A stretch of DNA of 51,553 nucleotides. Source: a bacterium (GTDB lineage: Bacteria > Verrucomicrobiota > Kiritimatiellia > UBA8416). The stretch is taken from positions 1-51,553 of the forward strand of contig JAIFLS010000029.1 in NCBI GenBank assembly GCA_020048935.1, written 5' to 3'. A program made the translations under genes and the position numbers. The notes below the pieces were generated by a model. It made no database searches and was not told the DNA's origin. It saw only the letters and a program-made list of their open reading frames with translations. Below, in pieces: positions 50,906 through 51,553 of the stretch (positions are counted from its first letter, which is position 1; every line of letters begins with the position of its first letter).

Positions 50906-51553
50906 GGCGGGGGGTATGCTGTTGCTGCTGGCGGTTGGTGGTGCCGCAGTGTCGGCTCCGGAGGAGGAAAAGTGGATCGAGATTCCCGACTGCCGGCTGA
51001 TTGAGAATGCGTCGAACGACGGCGACAGTTTCCATTTGCGCGGTGGCGACCGCGAGTATCTGGTAAGGCTATACTTTGTCGATGCGCCCGAGCATTCCAG
51101 GCAGATTCCCGAGCGCGTGCGCGAGCAGGCCGACTGGTTCGGCACAACCGAGGAGCAGGTCCTGCAGCAGGGCGCCCTGGCCGCCACACAGGTCGCCGAG
51201 TGGCTGGATCGCCCCTTTACGATTTATACGCAGATGATCGACGCCCGCGGGGCGAGCAGCATGCAGCGCGTGTTCGCGATGGTCAAGGTCGGCGACCGCT
51301 ACCTGTGCGGGTAGAAAACGGGCTGGCACGGATCCATGGCATCCGGCGCAACTTGGACGATGGCACATTCCGCTGGGATCATGTCCGCAAACTGGAAGCG
51401 CTTGAGGCCAAGGCCAAGGCGGCGAAGGTCGGGTTGTGGGGCGATGGCAATTCGAGCGCGGCAATGAAAGTGCTGCGCAGGGTGACGCTCACGCGGGATG
51501 TCCCGTTCTACACGGCGGGGGCCATGCCGAATTTCCGAGGCATGTTGAAGAAG
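50892..51553 (+). pseudogene. SNase-like secreted nuclease paralog, apparently frameshifted; 3' end runs off the window
   Basis: GGAGG then the GTG at 50892. Signal peptide MLLLLAVGGAAVSA. NDGDSFHLRGGDREYLVRLYFVDAPE matches the 40516..41409 protein. Frame A stops at 51312-51314 (..GDRYLCG*). Homology continues in the -1 frame from ~51305 (VRVENGLARIHGIRRNLDDG...AKVGLWG) to the window end. Confidence 0.65.

Overview
Visibly GC-rich bacterial chromosomal segment with about 45 protein genes. I saw no rRNA, tRNA or CRISPR. All product calls come from reading motifs in the supplied translations, since no searches could be run. Layout: (i) 1-7.3 kb holds secreted or surface proteins: a partial CBM_X2-repeat protein, two unknown exported proteins, and a reprolysin-like Zn-protease with a separately encoded pro-domain-like ORF. 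(ii) 7.4-11.2 kb holds an HDOD-GAF signalling protein and pseB-pseC. (iii) 11.3-20.1 kb holds a four-gene surface cluster: a signal-peptide-bearing, phage-tail-fibre-like 1204-aa mosaic repeat protein, two small proteins that share its termini, and a 1264-aa beta-helix/Ig/FG-GAP protein. (iv) 20.3-41.4 kb is mostly housekeeping: MATE, ugd, URO-D-like, enolase-superfamily, M42 peptidase, pfk, cobS, sugar dehydrogenase, a Cache-PAS-DUF294 sensor next to actP-yjcH, and an SNase-ComEA nuclease. (v) 41.6-46.1 kb is AT-richer and is the main accessory region. It looks like a chromosomal integron: an IntI-type recombinase lacking its N-terminal domain, divergent from an array of at least 6 short cassettes. 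Each cassette ORF, mostly a lipoprotein or secreted protein of unknown function plus a TA-like nucleotidyltransferase pair, is followed by a 57-71 bp attC-like imperfect palindrome with AAC...GTT ends. (vi) 46.1-51.5 kb holds an NrpR-like regulator, cls, nrnA, a small OMP, and a frameshifted SNase paralog. Also notable: a 181/243-bp MITE-like element in two inverted copies differing by exactly two 31-bp hairpin modules; a perfect 44-bp tandem duplication of a translation start region; and a triple 16-17-bp repeat in a long intergenic region.
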